This document shows positions 1-11,896 of a DNA stretch of 64,000 bases, piece after piece (position 1 is the stretch's first letter; each line of letters starts with the position of its first letter). This DNA is from Thermoanaerobaculia bacterium (GTDB taxonomy: Bacteria; Acidobacteriota; Thermoanaerobaculia; UBA5066; Gp7-AA6), in contig JBBRFL010000012.1 in NCBI GenBank assembly GCA_038224325.1, forward strand, positions 10,249 to 74,248, given 5' to 3'. The notes under the pieces were generated by a model. That model was not told where the DNA came from. It searched no databases and saw only the letters and a list, made by a program, of their open reading frames with translations. The position numbers and the translations under genes are program-made.

Positions 1-2
1 CG

Positions 3-770
3 TGGGGTCTGGACGGTGCGATCTGGTTTACGGAATATGGAGCGGGGAAGATCGGCCGGCTCTCGATCGGCGCGGTTTCGGTGGACCGCCCCGCTCCTGT
101 TCCGCCGAGTCCTCGAGAGAGAAGGACGCGCGTTCGCGCGCCGCGAGACTCGCCGACCGCCTCGCCGATCGCGGACGCGGACCTTTACCTCGCCCCGACG
201 ACGCCTCCGTGCACCGAAGTGACGGAGGTGACCGGGATCTATCAGGACGGTAAAGGCACGTACCTGCCGGGGGACGCGGTCGTATGGGCAGACACGACCA
301 ACGGCATCGACCTGAGGATCAAGCCTCTCTGCTCGGCCGACCGTCAGCTCGACGCGCTCCTGCCCGCCGCTGCGATCGCCCTGCTGACCGGGCCGATGAA
401 CCCCTGCCAGGATTCTGGCGACTTCAACACCATCCAATTGAAGATTCCCGACCTGCAGGGCGCTCCGACGGGTGTCGTCGGCCAGCCATCGCTGCCACCG
501 GACTACTTCAAGGCCGACAGCGTCTATTTCTACTTCCTGGTCGATTCGAATCACGACGGCATCTTCGGGCCCGGTGACGACGGATACAACCTCGTCTGGC
601 AGAGCGGGATCTATCTGACGCGTACGGAACTTCCGGACCGAACCGTCTACGAGCTGACGACGGAGCTCACCTCGTCCGATGCAGAGTTGTTTCGCGGCAT
701 CGGAACCGGAGGCGTGATCGAGGGCGTCTTCTGCGTCCCCCTCCGGCTCACGGCGACGCGCTGGAAGTGA
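3..770 (+). CDS. 5'-truncated protein: end of a Vgb/SMP-30-like beta-propeller repeat, Pro/Arg-rich linker, uncharacterised C-terminal domain
   Basis: The frame of ORF 81..770 is open to the window edge and reads WGLDGAIWFTEYGAGKIGRL, a typical virginiamycin-B-lyase-like blade. Confidence 0.65.
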   Translation, partial: WGLDGAIWFTEYGAGKIGRLSIGAVSVDRPAPVPPSPRERRTRVRAPRDSPTASPIADADLYLAPTTPPCTEVTEVTGIYQDGKGTYLPGDAVVWADTTNGIDLRIKPLCSADRQLDALLPAAAIALLTGPMNPCQDSGDFNTIQLKIPDLQGAPTGVVGQPSLPPDYFKADSVYFYFLVDSNHDGIFGPGDDGYNLVWQSGIYLTRTELPDRTVYELTTELTSSDAELFRGIGTGGVIEGVFCVPLRLTATRWK

Positions 771-843
771 GGTGCCCATGGCCTGGCCTTCATCCGACAG
801 CGTCGCCAACCCTTCCCTTCGAAATACAACCCCCGCTCCTGTA

Positions 844-905
844 TCGTAGGGACGGCCGCGGCGGCCGCTTCTCGACGAGGGCGGGGACGAGCCCCGCCCC
901 TACGA
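844..905. repeat. Inverted pair of GTAG-type REP palindromes (REPIN-like)
   Basis: Plus strand GTAG at 846 is followed by hairpin CGGCCGC-G-GCGGCCG. Minus strand GTAG at 903-900 is followed by GGGCGGGG-CTCGT-CCCCGCCC. The outer ends TCGTAGGG/CCCTACGA are complementary. Confidence 0.7.
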
Positions 906-914
906 GGTGCTCCA

Positions 915-1490
915 ATGATCGCCGGCATCGTCCTCGCCGCGGGAGGCTCGGCGCGCATGGGGAGGCCGAAGATGCCGCTGCCTTTCGGCCGGGGCACGGT
1001 GCTCTCGGCGAGCGTGGCGCCCCTGCTCGCGGCCGGCATCCCCCGCGTGGTCGTCGTGCTCGGGGCCGACGCGGAGGCGGTTCGGGCCGACGCCGGCCTT
1101 CCCGCGGACCCGCGCCTGCGCGTGGTGGTCAACGGGCATTGGCGGGACGGGATGTCGTCCTCCCTTCGCCGCGGCCTGGCCGAATGCGCTGACGCCGAGG
1201 CCGTGGTCGTCGCCCTCGGCGATCAACCGGGACTGACGGCGGCGCGTGTGACCGAGGTCCTCGACGCGTTTCGACCGGGGGTTAAGCTGGTGACTCCGGT
1301 CGCGGGCGTTGTGCCCACGCACCCGGTTCTCTTCTCCCGCGATCTCTTCGGCGAGCTGCGCGCGTTGACGGGAGACTTCGGGGCGCGAGAAGTCGTCCGG
1401 CGCCACGAAGGCGACGCCGTGCGGATCGAGGTCGAGCCTCTGGCGGATGTCGATACCGAAGAGGATTACCGAAGGGCCGGCAGCGATTAG
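915..1490 (+). CDS. MocA-like nucleotidyltransferase (molybdenum cofactor cytidylyltransferase family)
   Basis: Motifs IVLAAGGSARMGRPK, GMSSSL, LGDQP, HPVLF, GDFGAR, DVDT. Confidence 0.8.
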   Translation: MIAGIVLAAGGSARMGRPKMPLPFGRGTVLSASVAPLLAAGIPRVVVVLGADAEAVRADAGLPADPRLRVVVNGHWRDGMSSSLRRGLAECADAEAVVVALGDQPGLTAARVTEVLDAFRPGVKLVTPVAGVVPTHPVLFSRDLFGELRALTGDFGAREVVRRHEGDAVRIEVEPLADVDTEEDYRRAGSD

Positions 1491-2512
1491 TACGCGACGA
1501 GGGCCCGCGCCGACCGGCAGAGTTTCTCCGCGTTCGGGAGGAAGAACTCCTCCAGCGGTGGCGAGTAGGGGACCGGGGTGTCCGGAGCCGTGACGCGCAC
1601 GAGCGGGCCGTCCAGGTACTCGAAGCAGCGCTCCGAGAGGACCGCCGCGATCTCGGCGCCGATGCCGCCGGTGCGCGTGGCCTCGTGCAGGAGGATCGCC
1701 TTGTTGGTCTTCGCGACGGACTCGAGGACCGTCTCCTCGTCCATGGGGAAGAGCGTCCGCAGGTCCACGATCTCGGCGTCGATGCCCTCGGCCTCCAGCG
1801 TCTTCGCGGCCTCGAGCGCGGTCCACACCATGGCGCCGTACGTGATGATGGAGAGGTCGCGCCCCTCGCGGCGGAGGGCCGCCTTCCCGATCGGCACGAT
1901 GTGATCGCCGGACGGCATCTCTTCCTTGATCCGGCGATAGAGGAACTTGTGCTCGAAGAAGAGAACCGGGTCGTCGTCGCGGATGGCCGCCTTGATCAGG
2001 CCCTTGGCGTCCGCGGCCGTCGCGGGCTGCACGACCTTCAAGCCTGGGGTGTGCGCGAAGTAGGCCTCCGGGTTCTGCGAATGGAATGGGCCGCCGTGAA
2101 CTCCGCCGCCGGAGGGGCCGCGGATGACCAGCGGGACGCCGACGCCCGTCCGATAGCGCGACTTCGCCGCGAAGTTCGTGATCATGTCGAACGCGCACGA
2201 GATGAAGTCGATGAACTGCATCTCGGCCACGGGCCGCATCCCCATCATGGCGGCGCCGACCGCGGCGCCGACGATCGCCGTCTCGGCGATCGGCGTATCG
2301 ATGACGCGCTCCTCGCCGAACTCCTCGATGAGCCCGTCCGTGACCTTGAACGCGCCGCCGTAGACGCCGATGTCCTCGCCGAGGAGGAAGACCCTCTCGT
2401 CGCGCGCCATTTCCTCGCGAATCCCCTCGCGGATTGCGTCAACGTAGGTCGTCAAGCCCTTCGCGGTCGGCGCGCCGGTGTCGGGCCCGGCGAGGTGGGG
2501 CGCGCCGGTCAC
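1487..2512 (-). CDS. 2-oxoacid (branched-chain/pyruvate) dehydrogenase E1 beta subunit
   Basis: Motifs GEDIGVYGGAFKVT, DTPIAE, EMQFIDF, HSQNPE. The GTG start overlaps the alpha-subunit stop (GTGA). Confidence 0.92.
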   Translation of the reverse strand: MTGAPHLAGPDTGAPTAKGLTTYVDAIREGIREEMARDERVFLLGEDIGVYGGAFKVTDGLIEEFGEERVIDTPIAETAIVGAAVGAAMMGMRPVAEMQFIDFISCAFDMITNFAAKSRYRTGVGVPLVIRGPSGGGVHGGPFHSQNPEAYFAHTPGLKVVQPATAADAKGLIKAAIRDDDPVLFFEHKFLYRRIKEEMPSGDHIVPIGKAALRREGRDLSIITYGAMVWTALEAAKTLEAEGIDAEIVDLRTLFPMDEETVLESVAKTNKAILLHEATRTGGIGAEIAAVLSERCFEYLDGPLVRVTAPDTPVPYSPPLEEFFLPNAEKLCRSARALVAY

Positions 2513-3516
2513 GACTGCCTCCGCACGATCGCGGGTTCGACCTCCGCCACTCCCGTGGCGTAGACGTTCTGGAGGGCGACCTCGACCGCCGGCAGCGGGC
2601 TCTGCTCGGCGAGCTCGACGTCGCGGTCGACCTCCTCCGTGACGCGCCGGTCCACGGCCGCGAGCTCCTCGGCCGTCGCCGTTCCCGCGTCGACCAGCGC
2701 CCTCAGGTAGCTCTCGATGGGATCCTTCTGACGCCAGGCCTCGAGCTCCGCCGGGGGAACGTACGACTGGGCGTCGTGCTCGGCGTGCCCCTTCATGCGA
2801 TAGGTCACGGCCTCCACCAGGGTCGGGCCGCCGCCCGCGCGCGCGCGATCGACGGCGCGCCGCGCCGATGCGTACACGGCCAGCACGTCGTTTCCGTCCA
2901 CGCTCTCGCCGGGGATCCCGTACGCGGCGGCCTTGTCGGCCAGGCACTTCGCGGCGGTCTGCTTGTGGTACGGCGTCGAGTACGCCCACCCGTTGTTCTC
3001 GGCGATGACGACGAGCGGGAGCTTCTGCACGGCCGCGAAGTTCAGGCCCTCGTGGAAGGCGCCGGTCGAGGTGCCGCCGTCGCCGATCCAGGTCATCGTG
3101 ACGAGGTCTTTCCTCTGCAGGCGCGCGGCGAGTGCGATCCCCGCCATGACGGGGATCAGGGCGCCCAGCATCGAGATGGGGGAGATCACCCCGCGCTCGG
3201 GGCGGCCGAAGTGCAGGTTGCAGTCCTTGCCTCCCGAGGGGGAGGTCGCCCGCGCCATGTACTGGGTCAGCACGTCGCGGGGCGAATACCCCATCACCAG
3301 GATGGCGCCGAGGTTGCGGATCAGCGGCCCGACGATGTCGCCCTTGGAGAGCGCGAAGGCGCTTCCCACGGACGTCGCCTCCTGGCCGAGCGAGCGGTAG
3401 AGGCCGCCGACCACCTTGCCCTGGCGGTACAGGTTCACGAGCTTCTCTTCGACCACGCGGTTCAACCGCATGAGGCGATAGAGGTCGAGCTTCTGTTCGC
3501 GGGTCAGGTCCGGCAC
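2509..3516 (-). CDS. 2-oxoacid dehydrogenase E1 alpha subunit (ThDP-dependent)
   Basis: ThDP motif GDGGTS...ENN, GQEA, YRMKGHAEHD. GGAGG lies upstream of the GTG at 3516. Confidence 0.92.
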   Translation of the reverse strand: MPDLTREQKLDLYRLMRLNRVVEEKLVNLYRQGKVVGGLYRSLGQEATSVGSAFALSKGDIVGPLIRNLGAILVMGYSPRDVLTQYMARATSPSGGKDCNLHFGRPERGVISPISMLGALIPVMAGIALAARLQRKDLVTMTWIGDGGTSTGAFHEGLNFAAVQKLPLVVIAENNGWAYSTPYHKQTAAKCLADKAAAYGIPGESVDGNDVLAVYASARRAVDRARAGGGPTLVEAVTYRMKGHAEHDAQSYVPPAELEAWRQKDPIESYLRALVDAGTATAEELAAVDRRVTEEVDRDVELAEQSPLPAVEVALQNVYATGVAEVEPAIVRRQS

Positions 3517-3589
3517 GGCGCCTCCAGTATGAAGTCTATATGAGCGCCGCGTCCGCGGGGCTCCGCCCGGGCGCTTATGATCGGGCTCC

Positions 3590-4555
3590 ATGGAACCCAA
3601 GGTCTCGGTCTTGATCGCGTCCGACCGCGTGGACACCCTGCTGCCGGCCTGCCTCGATTCGCTCGAGGACCAGGAGGGCGGCGTGCGTGTAGAGGCCGTC
3701 GTGGCGTCGTCCGAGGAGCCGCGGGCCGCGTCCCGCGACGTTCCCGTCCGATGGGTCCCGGCGCCGACCCGGAATCCCGCGCGGAGGAGGAACCTCGCCG
3801 CCGCCGCGGCGCGCGGGTCGATCCTCGCCTTTCTCGACGACGACGCGACCGCGGAGCCCGGATGGCTGGCCGCTGGCATGGCCGCCATGACCCGAGCCGA
3901 GATCGCCGGCGGCCCGGACCTGGGACCGCGGGGGGCGCCGTACGCGGAGCGGCTTTCGAACCTCCTCCTCGCGACGCCCTGGATCGGCAGCGGGGTCCCC
4001 GCGCACGAGTGGAGGCCGCGCGGCGGACCCGTTCGCGCCCCGCACGACGTGGCGCTGTGCAACCTCTTCGTGCGCCGCGAGACCTTCGAGGGCCTTGGCG
4101 GATTCGACGAGTCGCTCGGCTACATCGGCGAAGACACCGACTTCGTGCGGCGCGCGCTCGAAGCGGGTGCCCGCGTCGTGCTCGATCCGGACGTGCGCGT
4201 GCGCCACCGCCGCCGCGCATTCCCGGGGCCCTACGTCGCGCAGCGGTGGCGGTATCGCGTGAAGACGGGATCGCTGCTGGTTCAGAGGCCGGGCCTCCAT
4301 GGCCGGGGACGCGTGCTCGCGCTCCTCGCCGCCGCGTTCGGGGGATCGGCGGGCGCGGCGATTTTCGGGGCGCGCTTCCTCGTCCCCGCGGCGGGCCTCT
4401 ACGTGCTGTCGGCGTGGGCTCTGTCGTTTCCCATCTGGAGGAGAGACCCGGCGCTGGCGCCGGCGGTCCCGCTGGCGTTCGCCGTCCACCATGCGACCTA
4501 CGTCGCGGGCCTGCTCGCGGGCATCGGCCGCGGCGTCCTGGCGGCGGCTCGATGA
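3590..4555 (+). CDS. GT2 family glycosyltransferase with C-terminal membrane helices
   Basis: Motifs RNLAAAAARGSILAFLDDD, GGFDE...GEDTDF, QRWRY; hydrophobic C-terminus. Confidence 0.85.
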   Translation: MEPKVSVLIASDRVDTLLPACLDSLEDQEGGVRVEAVVASSEEPRAASRDVPVRWVPAPTRNPARRRNLAAAAARGSILAFLDDDATAEPGWLAAGMAAMTRAEIAGGPDLGPRGAPYAERLSNLLLATPWIGSGVPAHEWRPRGGPVRAPHDVALCNLFVRRETFEGLGGFDESLGYIGEDTDFVRRALEAGARVVLDPDVRVRHRRRAFPGPYVAQRWRYRVKTGSLLVQRPGLHGRGRVLALLAAAFGGSAGAAIFGARFLVPAAGLYVLSAWALSFPIWRRDPALAPAVPLAFAVHHATYVAGLLAGIGRGVLAAAR

Positions 4556-5640
4556 ACCGGCTGGAGCTGGCGGCGCACTGGGTGCGGGGGCGCGAGACCC
4601 TCCCGCGCTACCTGATCCTCGGGATGACCAACCTGTGCAACTCCAAGTGCGTGACCTGCTTCTACTGGGATCACCTGAACGTCAACCGGCACCTGGAGAT
4701 GCGGCTCGACGAGTACGAAAGGGCGCTGGAGGATCTCGGATCGCTCTACTCGGTGGTCTTGACTGGCGGCGAGCCGACGCTGAACCGCGAGCTTCCCGAC
4801 ATCACCCGGATCCTCTATCGCCGCCACGACGCCTCCAACGTGACGATGCCGACGAACTCGATCATCCCGGAGCAGGTCGAGTCCATCGTGGCCCGGGTTC
4901 TCGAGTCGCGCAGGGACGACCGCCAGACCTTCACGGTCGGCCTTTCGCTCGACCACCTGGGAGAACGGCACGACGTCATCCGCGGCGCGCCCGGCAACTT
5001 CGCCAGGCTGGAAGAAACGTACCGGCGCCTCGCGGCGCTGAAGCGGAAGTCCCGAGGCTTCACCCTCAATGCCCAGACCGTTCTGGCCTCGTTCAACCGC
5101 GACGACGTGCCCGAGATCACCGCCTGGGTCTCCCAGAACCTCCCCGAGCTCGACTTCCACTCGTTCGAGCTGCTGCGGCCGCCCTTTCCGGATCCGGCGA
5201 TCCGCGCGTTGACGGCGGCCGAGTACGCGGAGGCGCTCGCGCACCTTCGGCCCTACTGGGCACGCTTCGACGGCTACAGCCCGCTCCTTCGCAATCTCAA
5301 GGTGGGCGCTCGGACGGCCGAGCTTGAAACGCTCGAGCAGGAACGCATGGTCTATCCCTGCTACGCGGGCACGATCTCGGGCGTGCTCAATCCGGAGGGG
5401 ACCGTCTCGCTGTGCGAGGTCCAGTGGGAGATCGGGAACATCCGCGACTTCGACTACTCCTTCAAGAAAGCGTGGTTCTCAGCGAAGGCCGTCGACATGC
5501 GGCGCCGCATCGCCAACCGGGAGTGCTGGTGCACGCACTCCTGCTTCATGACCTCGTCGCTGCCCTTCTCCGTGAAGGGCGCCGCGCACCTGGCAAAGAC
5601 GGCGCTCCTGCCGTCGATGGGATCCGGAGGTGGAGCGTGA
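4552..5640 (+). CDS. Radical SAM protein with SPASM/twitch domain
   Basis: CNSKCVTC, LTGGEP, C-terminal CYAG...VSLCE...CWCTHSC. The ATG overlaps the GT2 stop. Confidence 0.88.
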   Translation: MNRLELAAHWVRGRETLPRYLILGMTNLCNSKCVTCFYWDHLNVNRHLEMRLDEYERALEDLGSLYSVVLTGGEPTLNRELPDITRILYRRHDASNVTMPTNSIIPEQVESIVARVLESRRDDRQTFTVGLSLDHLGERHDVIRGAPGNFARLEETYRRLAALKRKSRGFTLNAQTVLASFNRDDVPEITAWVSQNLPELDFHSFELLRPPFPDPAIRALTAAEYAEALAHLRPYWARFDGYSPLLRNLKVGARTAELETLEQERMVYPCYAGTISGVLNPEGTVSLCEVQWEIGNIRDFDYSFKKAWFSAKAVDMRRRIANRECWCTHSCFMTSSLPFSVKGAAHLAKTALLPSMGSGGGA

Positions 5641-6122
5641 TCGGAATCCTCGTCTCGATTCTGAGCCTCGTCGTTCTGGCCGCGCCGCCGTCGCCGCCGA
5701 CGCTGCACGATCAACTGCAAGGCACCTGGCGGCTCGTGTCGTACGAGAGCAGCGCCACGGAGGGGCGAATCTGGTTCAAGCGGTTCGGCGACGGCCCAAA
5801 GGGCTACATCCTGTACGACGCCACCGGGCACATGATGGTCGAATTCGAGAAGCTGCCGCCGCCCCCGAAGTTCGCCTCGGGCGACGACTGGTCGCCGACC
5901 GCGGACGAGGCGCGCGCGGCTTACCTCGGCTACGTCGCCTACTTCGGCACGTATACCGTGGACGAGGCCGCGCGCGCGGTCACGCATCATGTCGAGGGCA
6001 GTCTCAACCCCTCGTATTTCGGCACCGACCAGCTTCGCCCGGCGACGCTGGACGGAGACCGGCTCACGCTCTCGGACGGGAAGAACTTCCGCGTCGTGTG
6101 GGAGCGCGTCCGCGTCCGGTAG
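5637..6122 (+). CDS. Secreted lipocalin-like domain protein
   Basis: Signal peptide, GTWRLVS, GYILYDATGHM, YVAYFGTYTVD. Confidence 0.75.
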   Translation: MIGILVSILSLVVLAAPPSPPTLHDQLQGTWRLVSYESSATEGRIWFKRFGDGPKGYILYDATGHMMVEFEKLPPPPKFASGDDWSPTADEARAAYLGYVAYFGTYTVDEAARAVTHHVEGSLNPSYFGTDQLRPATLDGDRLTLSDGKNFRVVWERVRVR

Positions 6123-6135
6123 CGGGGAGGGCCTC

Positions 6136-6594
6136 CTACGGCAGCGGCTTGAGCGTGACCTCGCGGGTCAGATCGGAGCCGACGAACGTGCGCCACTCCA
6201 GCCGGGGCTTCGTCATCTCGCGCTGCTTGTCCTGGTCCTTCGTCTTCCAGTGCTCGGCCTGGATGGCCTTGGACTTCGCGTCGAGCTCGGGGTTGAAATC
6301 CAGCGCCTTGCCGTAGCTCGAGTGCAGCGTCGCGATCGCGATGTCCCAGTCGTTCGCGTCGCGCGGCTGCTTGACGAAGATCTTCGAATCCAGGAGGAGC
6401 CCCTGTTTCTTGGCCTCCGCGGTCGTGGGGAGGGCGTTGGTGCGCAGGTACTTCAGGTAGTCGTCAAAGTGTCCGGGAGTCGTGCGATAGAAGGTGATCT
6501 GCCAGACGGGGCCCTCCGTCCAGTGCTCCTGCGCCAGGGCGGCGCCCGCCAGAAAAAGAGACACCACGGCCGCCAAAAGGGTGAGTTTCTTCAT
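6136..6594 (-). CDS. Secreted hypothetical protein (possible alpha-beta barrel)
   Basis: Clear signal peptide [21 protein letters not shown], strong AGGAGG RBS, GC3-rich codons. Confidence 0.75.
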   Translation of the reverse strand: MKKLTLLAAVVSLFLAGAALAQEHWTEGPVWQITFYRTTPGHFDDYLKYLRTNALPTTAEAKKQGLLLDSKIFVKQPRDANDWDIAIATLHSSYGKALDFNPELDAKSKAIQAEHWKTKDQDKQREMTKPRLEWRTFVGSDLTREVTLKPLP

Positions 6595-6670
6595 TTGGAT
6601 CCTCCTGGGAACCGGTTGTGTCACGGCCACCCCCGGCGGTCAAGCCGGCCGTTGGCTTAAAATCCCTGCC

Positions 6671-8356
<1,686 letters not shown>

Positions 8357-8361
8357 CCGTC

Positions 8362-8500
8362 GCCTGCGCTGCGCTGCGGGATCTGCCCTGCGGGCACCGG
8401 CGGTCGGCTCGCCCAAAGGGGTTCGACCGACCGCCTGATCCCTTCGCTCCGCTCCGGCTCCCGCAACGCGAGTCGTTTCGCTCGCCCGGACTCGCGAAAC
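8362..8500. repeat. Multi-stem palindromic intergenic element (repeat or structured RNA of unknown class)
   Basis: Nested stems GGGATC(8378)/GATCCC(8437), TGCCC/GGGCA and GGCGGTCGG/CCGACCGCC, then CGCGAGTC(8467)/GACTCGCG(8489). Confidence 0.5.
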
Positions 8501-8631
8501 TTGGTCGCGTCGCGGACGTTTGGGCCACCGCGGGCCACCGCGGCGAGCGAGTGGAGCACCCGCGGAATGCTACAGAATCCACAACACGGACGCCTCCCGG
8601 GGGCCGTTCGCACTCGTGAGAAAATGGGCGG

Positions 8632-9852
<1,221 letters not shown>

Positions 9853-9917
9853 CCGGACCCCGGCCCCCACCCCCAGCCCCGAAGGGCGTATCGTTCAACC
9901 GTTCCCAAGGAGAATTC

Positions 9918-10766
9918 ATGACCGCCAAGACGTTCGAGGTTCTGCCGTCGGTGGGTCCCGGGCCCCGCAACGTCCGTCGTCTCCTGATCGCGGCGGCCCT
10001 CTTCATCCTGCTGGTGATCGGCGCTCCGATCACCGTCGTCCCGGCCGGCCATGTGGGGGTCAAGGACTTCTTCGGCAGCGTCTCGTCCAGCGTGCTCACG
10101 CCCGGCGTCCACGTGGTGCTCCCGTTCACGCGCGTGCACAAGATGTCGATCCAGACCCAGGAACTGAAGGAAACGGCCGAGGTCCCGTCCAAGGAGGGCC
10201 TCGTGATGGATCTCGAGGGGTCGCTCCTCTTCCGGCTGGATCCCGAGAAGGCGGCGGACATGTACAAGACCGTCGGAGCGCACTACATCGAGATCGCGGT
10301 CGTTCCGCAGATTCGCTCGGCGATCCGCGAGATCACGGCGTCGTACGAGGCGAAGGTGATGTACTCCGCCGAGCGAGAGCAGATCGCCCGCGAGACCTTC
10401 GAGCTGGTGAGGAAGATGACGAGCGGCCGCGGGATCATCGTCGAGGCGGTCCTCCTCCGGAAGATCGGTTTGCCCCCGGTCGTCGCCAACGCCATCCAGG
10501 AAAAACTGAAGCGCGAGCAGGAGGCCGAGCAGATGAAGTTCGTCCTGCAGAAGGAGTCGCAGGAAGCGGAGCGCAAGCGGATCGAGGCCCAGGGCATCAC
10601 CGACTTTCAGCGCATCGTCGGGCAGGGGCTGAGTCCCCAGATCCTGGAGTGGAAGGGCATCGAGGCGACCGAGAAGCTCGCGATGAGCCCGAACACGAAG
10701 GTCGTAGTCGTCGGCAACCCGAAGTCCGGCCTGCCTCTCATCCTCGGAGGCGGGGCGGAGAAGTAG
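9918..10766 (+). CDS. SPFH/prohibitin family membrane protein
   Basis: N-terminal TM helix, PAGHVGV, EAERKRIEAQG coiled coil; AGGAG RBS. Confidence 0.88.
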   Translation: MTAKTFEVLPSVGPGPRNVRRLLIAAALFILLVIGAPITVVPAGHVGVKDFFGSVSSSVLTPGVHVVLPFTRVHKMSIQTQELKETAEVPSKEGLVMDLEGSLLFRLDPEKAADMYKTVGAHYIEIAVVPQIRSAIREITASYEAKVMYSAEREQIARETFELVRKMTSGRGIIVEAVLLRKIGLPPVVANAIQEKLKREQEAEQMKFVLQKESQEAERKRIEAQGITDFQRIVGQGLSPQILEWKGIEATEKLAMSPNTKVVVVGNPKSGLPLILGGGAEK

Positions 10767-10769
10767 CGC

Positions 10770-11360
10770 ATGAAGATCGCGATGCCGGCTGCGGTCCTCG
10801 CGGGCGGCGCGTCGCGGCGGATGGGCCGGCCCAAGGCCGCCCTGCCCTATGGCGGCACCACCCTGCTGGAGTACCAGACCACGAAGCTGGCGGCGCTGTT
10901 CGACGAGGTCCTCATCGTCGCCCGGGAGGAGCCGGCCTTCCCGGCCGGGCCGGCTCGAGTCGTCCTCGACGAGGGTCCCGAGCGCGCCGCGATTTACGGA
11001 TTGATTCGCGCCCTCGAAGAAGCGGAGGACCGGATCTTCGTCCTCGCCGTGGATCATCCGGCCGTGACGCCCGTTCTCCTCCGCGCCATCGCCTACCGCA
11101 GCCTGGAGTCCGACGCCGCCGCCGTCGTCCCCCGCGCCGGCGGGCGCCTCCAGCCCCTGGCCGCGGTCTGGCGGCGCCGCTGCCTCGACGCGGCGCGCCG
11201 GCGTCTCCGCGCGGGGGATCTCTCGCTCCAGGACCTCGCGCGAGAGGTCGGCGCCGAGATCTTCGACGAAAGCGAGTGGAGCGCGATCGATCCCTCCGGC
11301 GCGGCGTTCGCCAACCTCAACACGCTGGACGATTACGCGGCGCACCGGGAGAGGGCGTGA
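10770..11360 (+). CDS. mobA: Molybdenum cofactor guanylyltransferase
   Basis: VLAGGASRRMGRPKA, AVDHP, QPLAAVW, FANLNT; lies next to moaC. Confidence 0.82.
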   Translation: MKIAMPAAVLAGGASRRMGRPKAALPYGGTTLLEYQTTKLAALFDEVLIVAREEPAFPAGPARVVLDEGPERAAIYGLIRALEEAEDRIFVLAVDHPAVTPVLLRAIAYRSLESDAAAVVPRAGGRLQPLAAVWRRRCLDAARRRLRAGDLSLQDLAREVGAEIFDESEWSAIDPSGAAFANLNTLDDYAAHRERA

Positions 11361-11890
11361 GCGGGACTCCCGCGCCGCCCCGCAAGCCCCGCCGCCCGCG
11401 TGGAGGCGGGCCCCTGCGACGCAGCCTCCTCCACGTGGACGCCCGCGGCCGCGCGCGCATGGTCGACGTCGGGGGGAAGGCGGTCACGCGGCGGGAGGCC
11501 CTCGCGCGCGGAGTCGTCGAGATGGGGAGCGCGGCCTTCGACGCGCTCGAGTCCGGAAAGCTCGCGAAGGGCGACGCCTTCGCGGTGGCGCGCGTGGCCG
11601 GGATTCAGGCCGCGAAGCGGACCTCGGAGATCGTCCCGCTGTGCCATCCCCTCGCCCTCGATTCCGTGGAGGTCGACGTCGACCTGGACCGCGCCCGTCG
11701 ACGAGCCGTCGTGACCGCGACCGCGCGGATCACGGGCAAGACCGGCGTCGAGATGGAGGCCCTGACCGCCGTTGCGGCCGCGTGCCTCGCGCTCTACGAC
11801 ATGATCAAGGCGTTGGACCGGGGCGCGAGCATCCGGGAGATCCTGCTGGTGCGGAAGTCGGGGGGACGCACCGGCGCGTACGAGCGATAG
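11357..11890 (+). CDS. moaC: Cyclic pyranopterin monophosphate synthase
   Basis: ARMVDV, AAKRTSEIVPLCHP, TGVEMEALT, YDMIKA, KSGG. Confidence 0.94.
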   Translation: MSGTPAPPRKPRRPRGGGPLRRSLLHVDARGRARMVDVGGKAVTRREALARGVVEMGSAAFDALESGKLAKGDAFAVARVAGIQAAKRTSEIVPLCHPLALDSVEVDVDLDRARRRAVVTATARITGKTGVEMEALTAVAAACLALYDMIKALDRGASIREILLVRKSGGRTGAYER

Positions 11891-11896
11891 CGGGGC

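Noticed and set aside
8357-8631. FMN riboswitch upstream of ribBA
   Set aside because: Only ACCGGCGGT resembles the consensus. The GGGGTGAAATTCCC and AGTCCGGATGGGAG cores are absent.
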